Shown here in pieces: positions 52,950 to 63,490 of a stretch of DNA of 64,000 nucleotides (positions are counted from its first letter, which is position 1; every line of letters starts with the position of its first letter). The position numbers and the translations under genes were made by a program. Below the pieces are notes generated by a model, which saw nothing but the letters and a program-made list of their open reading frames with translations, searched no databases and was not told where the DNA came from. Source of the stretch: a virus. Where the stretch lies: UHGV virus genome UHGV-0139776; one strand, written 5' to 3'.

Positions 52950-55926
52950 TATTTAGCTCCTTTGCCACACCTAATAACAGTTCCAGCAATCCGTCACCAT
53001 TCATCAGTGATGCGGCAGCGGCCTCTTTGTCATGATACAACTGAAGAGCCATAGAGAATACTTCCGTTGCTGACGTTTTGGAAATAGTCGGTGATTTCTG
53101 CCGAATTTTCCCGGTGTTACTTACTGAGGCTGGCGGGTATACCTTCGCCATATAAATATTACTCAATCGAGATCTGAAGCACCATTCAGGCTTGCCACGC
53201 CCACCGATATTAACGAAAGATGGCTTATCCCCTTCAACATTGGCCTTCAGGAATGACCGGGCTTTCTCTAACAAACCAGGGTTACTGTACTCAAGATGAT
53301 GACCCAGCTCGTGCCACAGTGCACTTGCATTTTCATCGTTCAAATTGACAGCAACAACACCATTAATATTTGCATATGCCCTTCCCTGGTGGTGAACCAC
53401 CTTTGATAAGGTCGAAATTTTACCGCCGGTCAGGCGATAAATATCAGCAAGTTCCTTGCGCAGGTCTATCCCACCATTCTGTCCAGCGCGGGCTTCTTCC
53501 ACTTCTTCCGTGATAAAAGAGTCGGCCCACTCAAGAGCTTTTTCTTCAGATACGGATGAGTTGGCGATCGCACTGTTCATGGCAGATAACACTTTCTCGT
53601 GGACCGAACCCATACTTTGCTGATTCATTTGCCAGCGTGTCTGCGGGTTATATGAGAATCGCTTAAGTAGTTGGTCAAGATGCTCAAGTTCTTCTTCGCT
53701 GACATACTTTTTAGCCTCACCAATAATGCCGGGGAGAATATTGCCGTTAGGATTAAACGCTCGCGAAAGGAAGAGTTTCAGCGCCCCCATGCCCTCCGAT
53801 GCTTCAATATCACCAATAACACGGTTAACAATGGCCGCACTCTTCGGATTAGCATCCGCCAACGCTCTGGCTACGATTTGCAGTGACGATACGACCTCAC
53901 GCTGCATATCAGTCCTGATCTCATCAATAAACTCTGGCGTTATGCCGTGCTCTTTAAGGATATCCCTGCCTTCCGCCGTTACCCCATCGATATCACCGAC
54001 ATGTTTATTAACCTGACTTTGCAATGCCTTAAATGCCCTCAGAATTCCACGGGCATCATCCGCTTTACTAACGGCCTTCCTGAATGCTGGCAAGAAGTCA
54101 GAGTTAACCTCATTTTGTTGATCGGCCCACTGAATGGAGGCTTCTTTCATCTCGTCCAGAGTCAGATCACCCAACGCGGTATGGTCTGTGAATATGAGCG
54201 ACAACCTCTGAACCATTTCTGCCAATGGTGATGCCGAATGCGCCGCGCTAAGGAATGCTTTCACCCTGGTTGGGCGAATGGAAAACCAGTCAATAGCTGG
54301 TGGCATATCTCCGTTTTTTATCGCCTGCGCTATCTCGTCAAAGCCATCGCGCCCAAGGGAGGATGCGTGATTTAACAAGCCGCGAAGTAACGAATTGCTG
54401 ATACCGAATAATCGGCACCATTTTTTCACGTCGGCAACAGGCATTCGAACAAAATGCGCAAGCACTTGTACAAGCTGTTCATCCTGGGGATCTGTACGGG
54501 AAAGCAGCCTGATCAGATGAATAATGTCTTTGATGCCGGATGCCCGATGTAATAGCAAACTGGTATATGGAGCAACACCATTGTAACTACCGCCGGAAAC
54601 GGACTCGAAAAGACCGCCGGATATCCCTTGCATGCCTTCGTTTTCCAGTTCCTGAGACACCTGGCGAAGGATATCCTGTAACGACACATCACCACCGCCA
54701 AACATATCCCCCAGCGCCTGGCCCTGGTGCTGTAACTCATCATTGATACGTTGAGCCATCAACTTAAAGGCGGTGGCCATACGCTTCGCGCTACGGTTAT
54801 TCGCGACGATGAACAACGCGAGTGCTTTCACTTCCGGGGCCGTTTCGCTGAACATATCCCCCTGAGCAATAACATCGGTAATATGCTGGCCTGACTCCTT
54901 CGATTGCCTTACCAGGTCTACCGCATCTTTCAATGCCGCCAGCGCCTTTTTATCGAGGCTATCCGCTGTCTCAATGCCATCAACAATAGTTGTCACAGCC
55001 TGCTTGTGCGCTTCTCCTGATAAAGCCTGCATCTGGACAAAATCATTGGCTGCCGCATTAAGCGCCGTCAGAACATTACGCATATCCGGATCAGGTTCTT
55101 CTGCAACCATCCTTACCAGGCGCGCATCCTTATATGCCTTGGCAAAGATCGCGTTTTGTATACGGTCAACAAGTTGCCGCGTTGGTCGCCCATCTTCCGT
55201 TACAAGGCCAGCCGCCTGTGTGGCACCAACTTGCGTCATAAATCCGCGAATAAACGCGTCATTACTGCGGCTAAGCAGATCTCCGCTTTCTGACGGGTTA
55301 AAAAGCGCCATCATCGCCGGTGTTATGCTGTCGGCATCAACAAAAGCCTTTTCACTGGCTGCCATTTCCTGAAGATCAGAAATATTTGAGTCCTTGGCAA
55401 ACTGAACGCGGTCAACCTTGGTTAACCGGCGGCGCACCAGTACCGGAGCCGTCATTGATTCAACCTTTTCAGGTCGTATGCCGAATTCGGTCGCATGATC
55501 AATCAGGTACTCACGATACCGATCCGCATTGCCGTCCTGATAGGCTTTGATGATCCCCATGGTCCGTCCATTACCTGACTCAACGGCATTGTCCTCACCA
55601 ATTATCGGCGCACCATGGCTGGATAAACCGGAATCAGTAAGCTGAGCTGGCCGCAAATCTTTGGATATCTGGTTAACCTGAAGAAGGCTGGATGCGCGGG
55701 TCCGGTCGCGCGGCTGAAGTTCCTGGGGATAGTCAGGATTAATTTTCCCATCCAGAGTATTGGATACCAAAAGAGCTGAGGCATCGACGATATCAAACGC
55801 TGTTTTTACCTCGTCTCCCTTCGCTGTCACCACATACGAAACCCGCCCATAATCGGGCAGGTTCTTTAGCAGCTCGATCAGCGTTTCTATGCTGGTGGCC
55901 ATTACCACCTGATCGCTTAAGCTCAT
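52939..55926 (-). CDS. ddrB: DdrB-like large virion protein
   Basis: 995-aa ORF downstream of darA. Confidence 0.65.
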   Translation of the reverse strand: MSLSDQVVMATSIETLIELLKNLPDYGRVSYVVTAKGDEVKTAFDIVDASALLVSNTLDGKINPDYPQELQPRDRTRASSLLQVNQISKDLRPAQLTDSGLSSHGAPIIGEDNAVESGNGRTMGIIKAYQDGNADRYREYLIDHATEFGIRPEKVESMTAPVLVRRRLTKVDRVQFAKDSNISDLQEMAASEKAFVDADSITPAMMALFNPSESGDLLSRSNDAFIRGFMTQVGATQAAGLVTEDGRPTRQLVDRIQNAIFAKAYKDARLVRMVAEEPDPDMRNVLTALNAAANDFVQMQALSGEAHKQAVTTIVDGIETADSLDKKALAALKDAVDLVRQSKESGQHITDVIAQGDMFSETAPEVKALALFIVANNRSAKRMATAFKLMAQRINDELQHQGQALGDMFGGGDVSLQDILRQVSQELENEGMQGISGGLFESVSGGSYNGVAPYTSLLLHRASGIKDIIHLIRLLSRTDPQDEQLVQVLAHFVRMPVADVKKWCRLFGISNSLLRGLLNHASSLGRDGFDEIAQAIKNGDMPPAIDWFSIRPTRVKAFLSAAHSASPLAEMVQRLSLIFTDHTALGDLTLDEMKEASIQWADQQNEVNSDFLPAFRKAVSKADDARGILRAFKALQSQVNKHVGDIDGVTAEGRDILKEHGITPEFIDEIRTDMQREVVSSLQIVARALADANPKSAAIVNRVIGDIEASEGMGALKLFLSRAFNPNGNILPGIIGEAKKYVSEEELEHLDQLLKRFSYNPQTRWQMNQQSMGSVHEKVLSAMNSAIANSSVSEEKALEWADSFITEEVEEARAGQNGGIDLRKELADIYRLTGGKISTLSKVVHHQGRAYANINGVVAVNLNDENASALWHELGHHLEYSNPGLLEKARSFLKANVEGDKPSFVNIGGRGKPEWCFRSRLSNIYMAKVYPPASVSNTGKIRQKSPTISKTSATEVFSMALQLYHDKEAAAASLMNGDGLLELLLGVAKELNNAD

Positions 55927-55938
55927 CCCTGTTACGCC

Positions 55939-56304
55939 TTATGCTGCCTCTTTAATGTTGGCGGCTATCCATGCCGCCGTGTGCTGTTTAACCTGGTCCA
56001 GGTCGATGTATGTGCCAACATATTGACTCAAATCCTGCAAGGTACCGATAAATGCATCGGTGCTCTGATCGACGAATTTATCAGCCAGGAAATCAGCAAC
56101 CAGTTTTGGCACACCATCATGTACCGAAGGTTGTTTTTCCTCGCCACTACTGCCGCCGGACACACCGTACCCCATCTGTTGCATGATCTGGTCAATTTCA
56201 TCGCTGATATCCAGCAACTCCATGCCACTCGCGGTAGCCGCTTTGGACATCAGAGCATCCAACTTATCGCTGAGATCCATTAACTCAATAGCTGATAGTG
56301 TCAT
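55939..56304 (-). CDS. ddrA: DdrA-like protein
   Basis: 121-aa acidic ORF coupled to darA. Confidence 0.55.
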   Translation of the reverse strand: MTLSAIELMDLSDKLDALMSKAATASGMELLDISDEIDQIMQQMGYGVSGGSSGEEKQPSVHDGVPKLVADFLADKFVDQSTDAFIGTLQDLSQYVGTYIDLDQVKQHTAAWIAANIKEAA

Positions 56305-58220
56305 GCCGCTACCCCCGCTTTCTGGATTGCTACCAGCAGATCAGCCAGGTGGCGAGCAGCGCCATTAACCAGCTCTTCGTTTTCCTCAAAACGCCCGGCA
56401 GCCTGAAGGGCTGCAATCGCTTCCCGGACATTACCCCGGGCGTTACGGATCTCCGCCATGTCAGTGCTTTGCATATCCATCACGTTATTGAGATATTCAA
56501 TGGCTTTATTAGCCTCTGCATCTGCTTCGCTAACCGTTTCATCAGGCTGTGCCGGGGCAGGTTCTGGCTGAGTAATCTCACCGACTTCGGCCTGCAATGC
56601 ATTGATCATGCTCTGCACCATTTTCTCGGTGCCAGCGCCCCCCGGAAACGCAATATTGGGGAAAGTTTTTTGAAACTGAGTTTTCAGCATTACGCGGAAC
56701 TCGTCTGGTGAGCTGGTGGCCAGCTCCAGAGCTTTTTGTGCATATTTGCCAAACGGACCATTAGTAAGTGTCTTCGCCAGGAAGTCGAAAGAATCCTCGC
56801 GAGGCAATAACTTCAGGTCGTACTCACTCATTTGCTGATCAGAAAGCGGGGTATCGTAAGTAGCAATGCCGTAGCGTGCATATTCATAATACGGGTCACC
56901 TTCATCAGGGCGCGGCAGAATTGCTTTGTTACCTTCAGGTATTGCGCCAGGGGCCGCCGGACGCATTTGCAGGGCATATCGATATGCACCTATAGAGACT
57001 TCTGGTTCAGGCGAAGAGCTACCGGTATCCTCCGCTGGTTCAGGTTCGACGTTTTCCGGTTTATGTTCTTCTGGTTGGACCAGGTATTCCGATACATTAC
57101 CCGCTTTATAGGCTTTAAACAGCTTGCCGATCGCATCTGCCATGTCCACACCCTGTATGGATTTAGCCTTGATCATGTACACGCTGCCATCCGAATCGGT
57201 TAACTGGATATACCCTTCACCGTCCTCAATGAATTGCTTCATTGATGCACCATTACTGAGCGTCACTTCCCCGTTCATATGCATACGATTTTTGATACTT
57301 GCAAGGCGATCCGTCATCGCGCGAGAGTGTCCACCAGTCATCCCCGCAGGAGCAATGGTTTCGCGCCCACCAGTGCGATTGAGCTGATCAATCTCCGTCT
57401 GCAAACGCTCATTCTCTTCATAAAGAGAATCCGCTTCCGATGCAACAGCGTTAATTTTCTGCTCCAGATCTACCTTCTGCCCTTCTACCGCTGCCACCTG
57501 ATCCGCGAGGTCGCTCATGGCATCCTCTTTCTGGTCACTGTCAGCCTGTAGTTGGGTTATTTCATCAACCAGGGCTTTTTTCTTCTTCTGCGCACGCTGG
57601 AATTTTGCCGAGTTTTTCTCTGCAAGGTTGGCAAGTTTCATGGTGACCTGCGCCAGCGTCATATCACGTCCACTCATCGGAGCAACGGTATGAGTAACGT
57701 CTTTTTTATTCAGTAAGAACTGGAAAGCAATCAGCGTATCGCTATTGGTGATCCGGTTTTCCGCTGTCGGGCTATGAAACAGAATGCTGATAGTCTGACC
57801 ATCACTGAGCGGAATAATGGCTGGCAGGACCGGCAGCCCGTTAACGTTACGTGCCCGGCCAATTTCAGCCCCGCCGATCGCGCGTGCACCGTTCTGGGCC
57901 ACATCCCCCGTTTTATCACTCCCCGCAGAGATTCCGGTACCATTCAGCTTCTGGTTTAATGCCCGGACAAATGCCTGCATGGTCCGGTGTAACTGCAAAC
58001 GAGTAGAACTAATCGCCTCCAGTAAATCCGTAGCACACCAGTGGATCGGCGTGTCATAGAAGAACGTAGCCTCGATTTCCTCCAGGGTGTTGGATTCCGT
58101 CATCAGATAGCGGTCCTCACCGGCCATTAATGCGCGATATTCATCATCAGTCACTGGCGGGGGAAGCACGTCAAGCCCAGGCTTGATCGTCACCCCTTTA
58201 TTGATATTGAACTGTTCCAT
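56301..58220 (-). CDS. darA: DarA antirestriction/head protein
   Basis: 639-aa ORF; shares the KNSAKFQ region with the upstream hdf-like gene. Confidence 0.75.
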   Translation of the reverse strand: MEQFNINKGVTIKPGLDVLPPPVTDDEYRALMAGEDRYLMTESNTLEEIEATFFYDTPIHWCATDLLEAISSTRLQLHRTMQAFVRALNQKLNGTGISAGSDKTGDVAQNGARAIGGAEIGRARNVNGLPVLPAIIPLSDGQTISILFHSPTAENRITNSDTLIAFQFLLNKKDVTHTVAPMSGRDMTLAQVTMKLANLAEKNSAKFQRAQKKKKALVDEITQLQADSDQKEDAMSDLADQVAAVEGQKVDLEQKINAVASEADSLYEENERLQTEIDQLNRTGGRETIAPAGMTGGHSRAMTDRLASIKNRMHMNGEVTLSNGASMKQFIEDGEGYIQLTDSDGSVYMIKAKSIQGVDMADAIGKLFKAYKAGNVSEYLVQPEEHKPENVEPEPAEDTGSSSPEPEVSIGAYRYALQMRPAAPGAIPEGNKAILPRPDEGDPYYEYARYGIATYDTPLSDQQMSEYDLKLLPREDSFDFLAKTLTNGPFGKYAQKALELATSSPDEFRVMLKTQFQKTFPNIAFPGGAGTEKMVQSMINALQAEVGEITQPEPAPAQPDETVSEADAEANKAIEYLNNVMDMQSTDMAEIRNARGNVREAIAALQAAGRFEENEELVNGAARHLADLLVAIQKAGVAA

Positions 58221-58221
58221 G

Positions 58222-58833
58222 TTAATTTCCTGCTTTCAGTTGCTTAAGACGGCGTTTGAGTTCGCCATTTCGGGCCTTTTCGTTATTGAGTCGGCCTGTC
58301 TCCTTATCCAGCTTCGCCCGCAAATCAGTGATCTGCTGTTGATTGAAAGACACCGAGTTCTGCGCTGATTTATAAGCGGCAACCACCTGAGCATTCCGCT
58401 GTTTTGCCTCTTGCAGGCGCTGAAAGTTGGATTTTACTGCCGGTTTCTTGTCTACCGGATTGGCAACACGTTTCGCTTTGGCGATCAGTGATTTCTGGAA
58501 TTTTGCGGAGTTTTTGCGGGCCGCTTGCCCCATGACGGTACCAAGCGTCTTGATATCCGGCGACTGAGCGTTAGGAATAGCTTTTCCATTCAGCCTCACA
58601 GACGATATATCGCCAGTATCGTTTACCTGTATGGCAAGAATTTGTCCGTCGTTAAGAACCAGCTTTGCGGTTTTAACTTTAACGCCATCTTTCGTTGTTG
58701 CGCGGTTGCTGGAGTCAACCTCAATTACCGTAACACCGGTTTTATTGATCGCCGCGATAAGGGATTTCAGCCCCTTTTCATTAACCTGGTCAAAATCGAC
58801 CGTTGCATACTTATTTTTCGTCATCTGACACAT
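58222..58833 (-). CDS. hdf: Hdf (homologue of DarA fragment)
   Basis: 203 aa; DGQILAIQ and KNSAKFQKSLIAKAK paralogous to DarA. Confidence 0.65.
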   Translation of the reverse strand: MCQMTKNKYATVDFDQVNEKGLKSLIAAINKTGVTVIEVDSSNRATTKDGVKVKTAKLVLNDGQILAIQVNDTGDISSVRLNGKAIPNAQSPDIKTLGTVMGQAARKNSAKFQKSLIAKAKRVANPVDKKPAVKSNFQRLQEAKQRNAQVVAAYKSAQNSVSFNQQQITDLRAKLDKETGRLNNEKARNGELKRRLKQLKAGN

Positions 58834-59254
58834 CCTGTGCGAGATTTATTACGTAACTTCTGCGGATTTGCTGAGTAACAGGGAAAATCCGATACAACGG
58901 GTTAATGAACGAGTCGCCATGCGTAACCATGACGTTGAAATGCCACAGCCGTTCTCCTTTACCCATATATTCAGTGGGTATGTACAACCATTCACTGTTT
59001 TCGCCCTGTTCAGCCGACGTCAGACAACGTTGTTCGCCTTCAATCACAGTCGTCGGCTTCTGAACATCGCGGATCCAATATCTGACCGTTGCGCCGCGCA
59101 AAAACGGGAATTTAGACCGGTATTTGAACGGCACCCGGATGAAACCCGGTTTAATTTCCACATCACCAAGTTCTAAATGCGTGATGTCCTTGCGTTTTAG
59201 CAAATAGCGATCGGCTAAGGCTAACGCAAGAACGCATACACCCCAGCCAATCAT
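58811..59254 (-). CDS. lydB: LydB-like antiholin
   Basis: 147-aa soluble protein downstream of the holin. Confidence 0.5.
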   Translation of the reverse strand: MIGWGVCVLALALADRYLLKRKDITHLELGDVEIKPGFIRVPFKYRSKFPFLRGATVRYWIRDVQKPTTVIEGEQRCLTSAEQGENSEWLYIPTEYMGKGERLWHFNVMVTHGDSFINPLYRIFPVTQQIRRSYVINLAQDVSDDEK

Positions 59255-59580
59255 TTCCCACCTCCCTTTTTCACCAAACTTGTAAGAACATTCAGAATGC
59301 TATCGATATTCACTCGTTTCATCCCTGAAATCACCTCATGACCGTTATTGCTGGCTATCGTTACCATTAAGTACGTAATTGATAACTCCCAGCCCTCATG
59401 TTGCCCCAATAGGTACGCCACCGCGCCAGCTGTCACTGCAACAAAGATCTCCGTAACCAATCCCAACAAATTGCCAGACTGGCGACCGTCTCGGACATCC
59501 ATCAGGAACGTGCCTATCCCACCAATTACTGAAAGCAGGAGCGCAATAGCAACTGGAGCTAATTCCTGTGTGTCAAGCAC
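59251..59580 (-). CDS. lydA: LydA-like holin
   Basis: 109 aa with three predicted TM segments and charged C-terminus. Confidence 0.55.
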   Translation of the reverse strand: MLDTQELAPVAIALLLSVIGGIGTFLMDVRDGRQSGNLLGLVTEIFVAVTAGAVAYLLGQHEGWELSITYLMVTIASNNGHEVISGMKRVNIDSILNVLTSLVKKGGGK

Positions 59581-59654
59581 AAGTTCCCTCCTACGTTGTC
59601 AGGAGGTAATGGTATGCAAAGTAACTTCTCAACCGGTTATGTTGCATAAGAGAC

Positions 59655-59918
59655 TTACCTATTCAACCGACTTTTGGAACCTTCAATAATAAGCCTGCTA
59701 TTGGCGCTAAAAATAAGAACCATGCAGCTCTGAAGGCTTTCATTCATGTCCTTATATTCCGCGAGATACATGCCAATAAAGCCAGCAAGTACGGCGGAAA
59801 TACATTCGGCCAGCAATTTCTTGCATGAAGACTCGTAACGGTTTTCACATAGCCCACTCAAATACGAATACACCCCACCAAGAAGGGATAACATCACGAT
59901 ATGTACATAAAATGTCAT
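59655..59918 (-). CDS. holin-like small membrane protein
   Basis: 87 aa, two hydrophobic segments, first gene of the operon. Confidence 0.45.
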   Translation of the reverse strand: MTFYVHIVMLSLLGGVYSYLSGLCENRYESSCKKLLAECISAVLAGFIGMYLAEYKDMNESLQSCMVLIFSANSRLIIEGSKSRLNR

Positions 59919-60045
59919 TTTTTACCTATACAACAGTAAGTTGAACAACATTTGAGAACGGTATGCACTTTGTGATTTCCACACACACTGGTTTTGTTAA
60001 TTAAAACCAGTAGCTTGCAATAAATAACGATAGTGGGCAGAAAAT

Positions 60046-60231
60046 ATGCTAATAGGCTATGTACGCATATAGACAAATGAACAAAACACAGCTATGCAGT
60101 GAAAAGCACTTGAAAGCGCAGGATGTGAGCTAATTTTTGCGAATAAGGCGAGCAGCAAAAAGGCTGGGCACCCTGGGTTAAAAAAGGTTCTGCGTATGCT
60201 TTCCAGAGGTGATACCCTAGTCTCGGACTAG
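60046..60231 (+). pseudogene. remnant of a cin/hin-family serine invertase gene
   Basis: reads MLIGYVRI*TNEQNTAMQ*KALESAGCELIF...GLKKVLRMLSRGDTLV then ends; two in-frame stops; about 60% identical to the first 61 codons of the adjacent intact invertase. Confidence 0.7.
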
Positions 60232-60353
60232 GGACAACATTTCGAGGACAGTTTTCATTAGCGGTCAGCAGGCGCTAGATACATCGAATTGATGTGCCGC
60301 GCGATAAATGTACCTATTCTATCAAGATAAATTACACCGACGCGGCATTAGAA

Positions 60354-60926
60354 TTACAGCTCAGATTGAGTTTGGCGCTTCTCTACAGGATGATAACGAT
60401 AAATCGTCGATACACCGATATCGTAAATAATTGCCAACTGTTTCCTGCTGTAGCCATTTTCGATCAACCTCGCTATTTGCTCATGTTGTTCTTTTGTCAA
60501 CTTCGGGCGACGTCCGCCAATGCGTCCCTGTTCGCGTGCAGCTGCCAGTCCGGCCAGTGTTCTCTCAACAATTAATTCACGTTCCATTTCTGCTAAAGCC
60601 CCCATGACGTGAAAAAAGAAACGCCCCATGGGTGTTGATGTGTCAATACTGTCTGTCAGACTACGGAAATTAACACCTTTTTCCCGCAACTCCTCTATAA
60701 GCGTGATAAGGTGTTTCATACTTCTGCCAAGCCTATCCAGCTTCCAGACAACCAGCGTATCTCCTTCTGATAACGTTCTGAGCAGCTTTTTCAAGCCTGG
60801 TCTGGCTGATTTTGTTCCGCTTATTTTATCTTCAAAAATCAGTTCACATCCTGCGCAGTTCAGTGCATTTCTTTGTAAATCTGTGTTTTGGTCATTTGTT
60901 GACACACGAATGTAGCCAATTTGCAT
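60354..60926 (-). CDS. cin: Cin/Min/Hin-family serine DNA invertase
   Basis: MQIGYIRVSTNDQNTDLQRNAL... with catalytic Ser in YIRVS and C-terminal HTH; ATG at 60926 (track start 60935 is TTG). Confidence 0.9.
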   Translation of the reverse strand: MQIGYIRVSTNDQNTDLQRNALNCAGCELIFEDKISGTKSARPGLKKLLRTLSEGDTLVVWKLDRLGRSMKHLITLIEELREKGVNFRSLTDSIDTSTPMGRFFFHVMGALAEMERELIVERTLAGLAAAREQGRIGGRRPKLTKEQHEQIARLIENGYSRKQLAIIYDIGVSTIYRYHPVEKRQTQSEL

Positions 60927-60980
60927 GAAAAACAACCTCTTTGTTTAGTTAAAAATACATCGTTGGTATAGGTAGGGATT

Positions 60981-61006
60981 AAGACTAAAACGTTGGTTTG
61001 GGGGAA
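60981..61006 (+). other. invertase crossover site 1 (cix/mix-like)
   Basis: AAGACTAAAACG-TT-GGTTTGGGGGAA, 12-2-12 hix/gix-like; 55 bp upstream of the invertase start. Confidence 0.75.
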
Positions 61007-61429
61007 GGCTCGGCACTGCCCGTTGGTGTGCCTGTTCCGTGGCCCTCAGCCACACCGCCAGCAGGGTGGCTGAAATGTAACGGCGCAGCATTTTCTTCTG
61101 AAATGTACCCAAATCTGGCAAGGGCTTACCCCACCAATAAATTGCCGGATTTACGCGGTGAGTTTATCCGTGGTTGGGATGATGGGCGTGGAGTGGATAG
61201 TGGGCGCGCGTTATTATCAACTCAAACAGATGAATTTAAATCACATAGTCATTATTTCGAAAGAACATGGGCACAAACTGGATTTGATACAACAGGCGGA
61301 TATTATCTTTTAGCCGCTGATGTTTCTGGCTCAGTAATTCAACAGAGATCGGATAGCACTAACTCGGTGGGGGGGAGAGAATCTCGCCCTCGTAATATTG
61401 CATTTAATTACATCGTAAGAGCGGCATAG
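60998..61429 (+). CDS. tail-fibre C-terminal cassette 1 (no own ATG)
   Basis: conserved N part LPVGVPVPWPSATPP.GWLKCNGAAF and C end RPRNIAFNYIVRAA; tail-collar-domain-like. Confidence 0.7.
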   Translation: MGEGSALPVGVPVPWPSATPPAGWLKCNGAAFSSEMYPNLARAYPTNKLPDLRGEFIRGWDDGRGVDSGRALLSTQTDEFKSHSHYFERTWAQTGFDTTGGYYLLAADVSGSVIQQRSDSTNSVGGRESRPRNIAFNYIVRAA

Positions 61430-61448
61430 AAACGTTGGTTTAGGAGAA
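61423..61448 (+). other. invertase crossover site 2
   Basis: GGCATAGAAACG-TT-GGTTTAGGAGAA; contains the stop codon of cassette 1. Confidence 0.75.
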
Positions 61449-61469
61449 GGCTCGGCGCTTCCCGTTGGT

Positions 61470-61898
61470 GTGCCTGTTCCGTGGCCCTCAGCCACACCAC
61501 CAACGGGGTGGCTGAAATGTAACGGAGCAGCATTTTCTTCTGAAAAGTACCCAAATCTGGCAAAGGTTTACCCCACCAATAAATTGCCGGATCTACGGGG
61601 CGAATTTATTCGAGGTTGGGATGATGGACGAGGTGTGGATGCGGGAAGGGGCATCTTAAGCATACAGGGGTGGTTAACAGGAAGTCATTATCATAATATT
61701 CGGTCATGGGACGCGTGGGATAACACGGTATTGGTGCCAAATGACAGAGGGGGGGATAGTCTGTTGTCGACAGATAACGCCGTCCAAGAAGGAGCGATTA
61801 ATGGTAAATTTACCAGTCAATACAGAACGGAGTTATCTGGGGGGAATGAAACCCGCCCACGTAACATTGCCTTCAATTATATTGTGAGAGCAGCATAA
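61470..61898 (+). CDS. tail-fibre C-terminal cassette 2
   Basis: same conserved ends, different middle; followed directly by tfa. Confidence 0.7.
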   Translation: MPVPWPSATPPTGWLKCNGAAFSSEKYPNLAKVYPTNKLPDLRGEFIRGWDDGRGVDAGRGILSIQGWLTGSHYHNIRSWDAWDNTVLVPNDRGGDSLLSTDNAVQEGAINGKFTSQYRTELSGGNETRPRNIAFNYIVRAA

Positions 61899-62509
61899 TG
61901 GATAATGCGATATTAAATAGCGAACTTATAGCCATACAGGCAGGAAACATTATCGTTTATAACTATGATGGTGGTAATCGGGAATATATTTCTGCATCAA
62001 CTGAATATCTTGCTGTTGGCGTTGGTATTCCAGCAAATTCTTGTTTGGATGCTCCAGGCTCACATAAAGCAGGTTATGCGATTCTCCGTTCAGAGGATTT
62101 AAGTTCATGGGAGTATGTGCCAGATCATCGTGGCGAAACTGTCTATAGCATTGACACTGGGAATCCCGAAGAAATCACGGTGTTGGGTGACTATCCGGAA
62201 AATACAACCACTATCGCCCCGCTAACACCATACGACAAATGGGATGGAGAGAAATGGGTGGTTGATACTGAGGCTCAACATAGTGCAGCTGTAGAGGCAG
62301 CAGAAACAAAACGTCAGTCATTGATTGATACTGCGATGGCTTCCATTAGTCTGATTCAGTTGAAATTACAGGCTGGACGGAAGTTGACGCAGGCAGAAAC
62401 CACACAGCTTAACTCCGTGCTAGATTATATAGACGAGCTGAACGCGATGGATTTAACCACGGCACCAGATCTCAACTGGCCTGAAAAACAACTTTCTGCA
62501 GCCAGTTGA
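61898..62509 (+). CDS. U: tail fibre assembly protein
   Basis: 203-aa Tfa-like ORF, ATG overlaps cassette 2 stop (TAATG). Confidence 0.75.
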   Translation: MDNAILNSELIAIQAGNIIVYNYDGGNREYISASTEYLAVGVGIPANSCLDAPGSHKAGYAILRSEDLSSWEYVPDHRGETVYSIDTGNPEEITVLGDYPENTTTIAPLTPYDKWDGEKWVVDTEAQHSAAVEAAETKRQSLIDTAMASISLIQLKLQAGRKLTQAETTQLNSVLDYIDELNAMDLTTAPDLNWPEKQLSAAS

Positions 62510-62514
62510 TATAA

Positions 62515-62982
62515 TTAAGCCGCCCTCACAATATAATTAAATGCAATATTACGAGGGCGGGTTTCTAAGCCAGCAGTACCTAAATTAGCTACGGACTGTT
62601 TATATGTTTTAAAAGTTCCATAATTAGGGGCTGGCAATCCTGCATCGCTTGTGTTCCCCCATCTGATAACTCCCGTATTACCACTAGTAGCCCATGCCTC
62701 GTCAAAGTAGAAATTAATTGAGCTGTCAGTTGCTACGGTTGATTTTGACGGTAATCCGTGAGCATGATCCTCCGTTGCATATCCTTGCTCGCTTAAAATA
62801 GAGCGACCAGAGTCAATCCCTCGCCCATCATCCCAACCACGGATAAACTCACCGCGTAAATCCGGTAATTTATTGATGGGATAAGCCTTTGCCAGTTTGG
62901 GATACATTTCAGAAGAAAATGCTGCACCATTGCATTTCAGCCAGCCCGTTGGTGGTGTGGCTGAGGGCCACGGAACAGGCAC
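62515..62982 (-). CDS. tail-fibre C-terminal cassette 3
   Basis: conserved ends; convergent with tfa (5 nt between stops). Confidence 0.7.
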   Translation of the reverse strand: MPVPWPSATPPTGWLKCNGAAFSSEMYPKLAKAYPINKLPDLRGEFIRGWDDGRGIDSGRSILSEQGYATEDHAHGLPSKSTVATDSSINFYFDEAWATSGNTGVIRWGNTSDAGLPAPNYGTFKTYKQSVANLGTAGLETRPRNIAFNYIVRAA

Positions 62983-63003
62983 ACCAACGGGCAGCGCCGA
63001 GCC

Positions 63004-63029
63004 TTCCCCTAAACCAACGTTTTCATGCT
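63004..63029 (-). other. invertase crossover site 3
   Basis: TTCCCCTAAACC-AA-CGTTTTCATGCT, inverted relative to sites 1-2; holds the stop of cassette 4. Confidence 0.75.
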
Positions 63030-63490
63030 GCCCTTACGATGTAATTAAACGCAATGTTGCGTGGGCGGGTTTCAGATGCTGTACGAACTGAGCGAGAGGC
63101 GTCGAATGTCCAGTTATAAGCGCCATAACCCTCAATAATTTCCGTTTCCTTTAGGCCTGTAGATAATACTTGACCATGTTGACTAAATGGCCCTGAACTA
63201 AGTACATCTCTAAAAAGCTGAGTACGCCCGAAAGAACCAACAATATTCTGAATTGCATCATTCTGTGCAGATAATAAATTACGGCCAGAGTCAATCCCCC
63301 GCCCATCATCCCAGCCGCGAATAAACTCACCGCGTAAATCCGGCAATTTATTGGTGGGGTAAACCTTTGCCAGATTTGGATACTTTTCAGAAGAAAATGC
63401 TGCACCATTGCATTTCAGCCAGCCCGTTGGTGGTGTTTCTAAGGGCCACGGAACGGGCACGCCAACGGGCAATGCTGAGCCTTCCCCCAA
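63023..63490 (-). CDS. tail-fibre C-terminal cassette 4
   Basis: conserved ends, distinct middle. Confidence 0.7.
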   Translation of the reverse strand: MGEGSALPVGVPVPWPLETPPTGWLKCNGAAFSSEKYPNLAKVYPTNKLPDLRGEFIRGWDDGRGIDSGRNLLSAQNDAIQNIVGSFGRTQLFRDVLSSGPFSQHGQVLSTGLKETEIIEGYGAYNWTFDASRSVRTASETRPRNIAFNYIVRAA

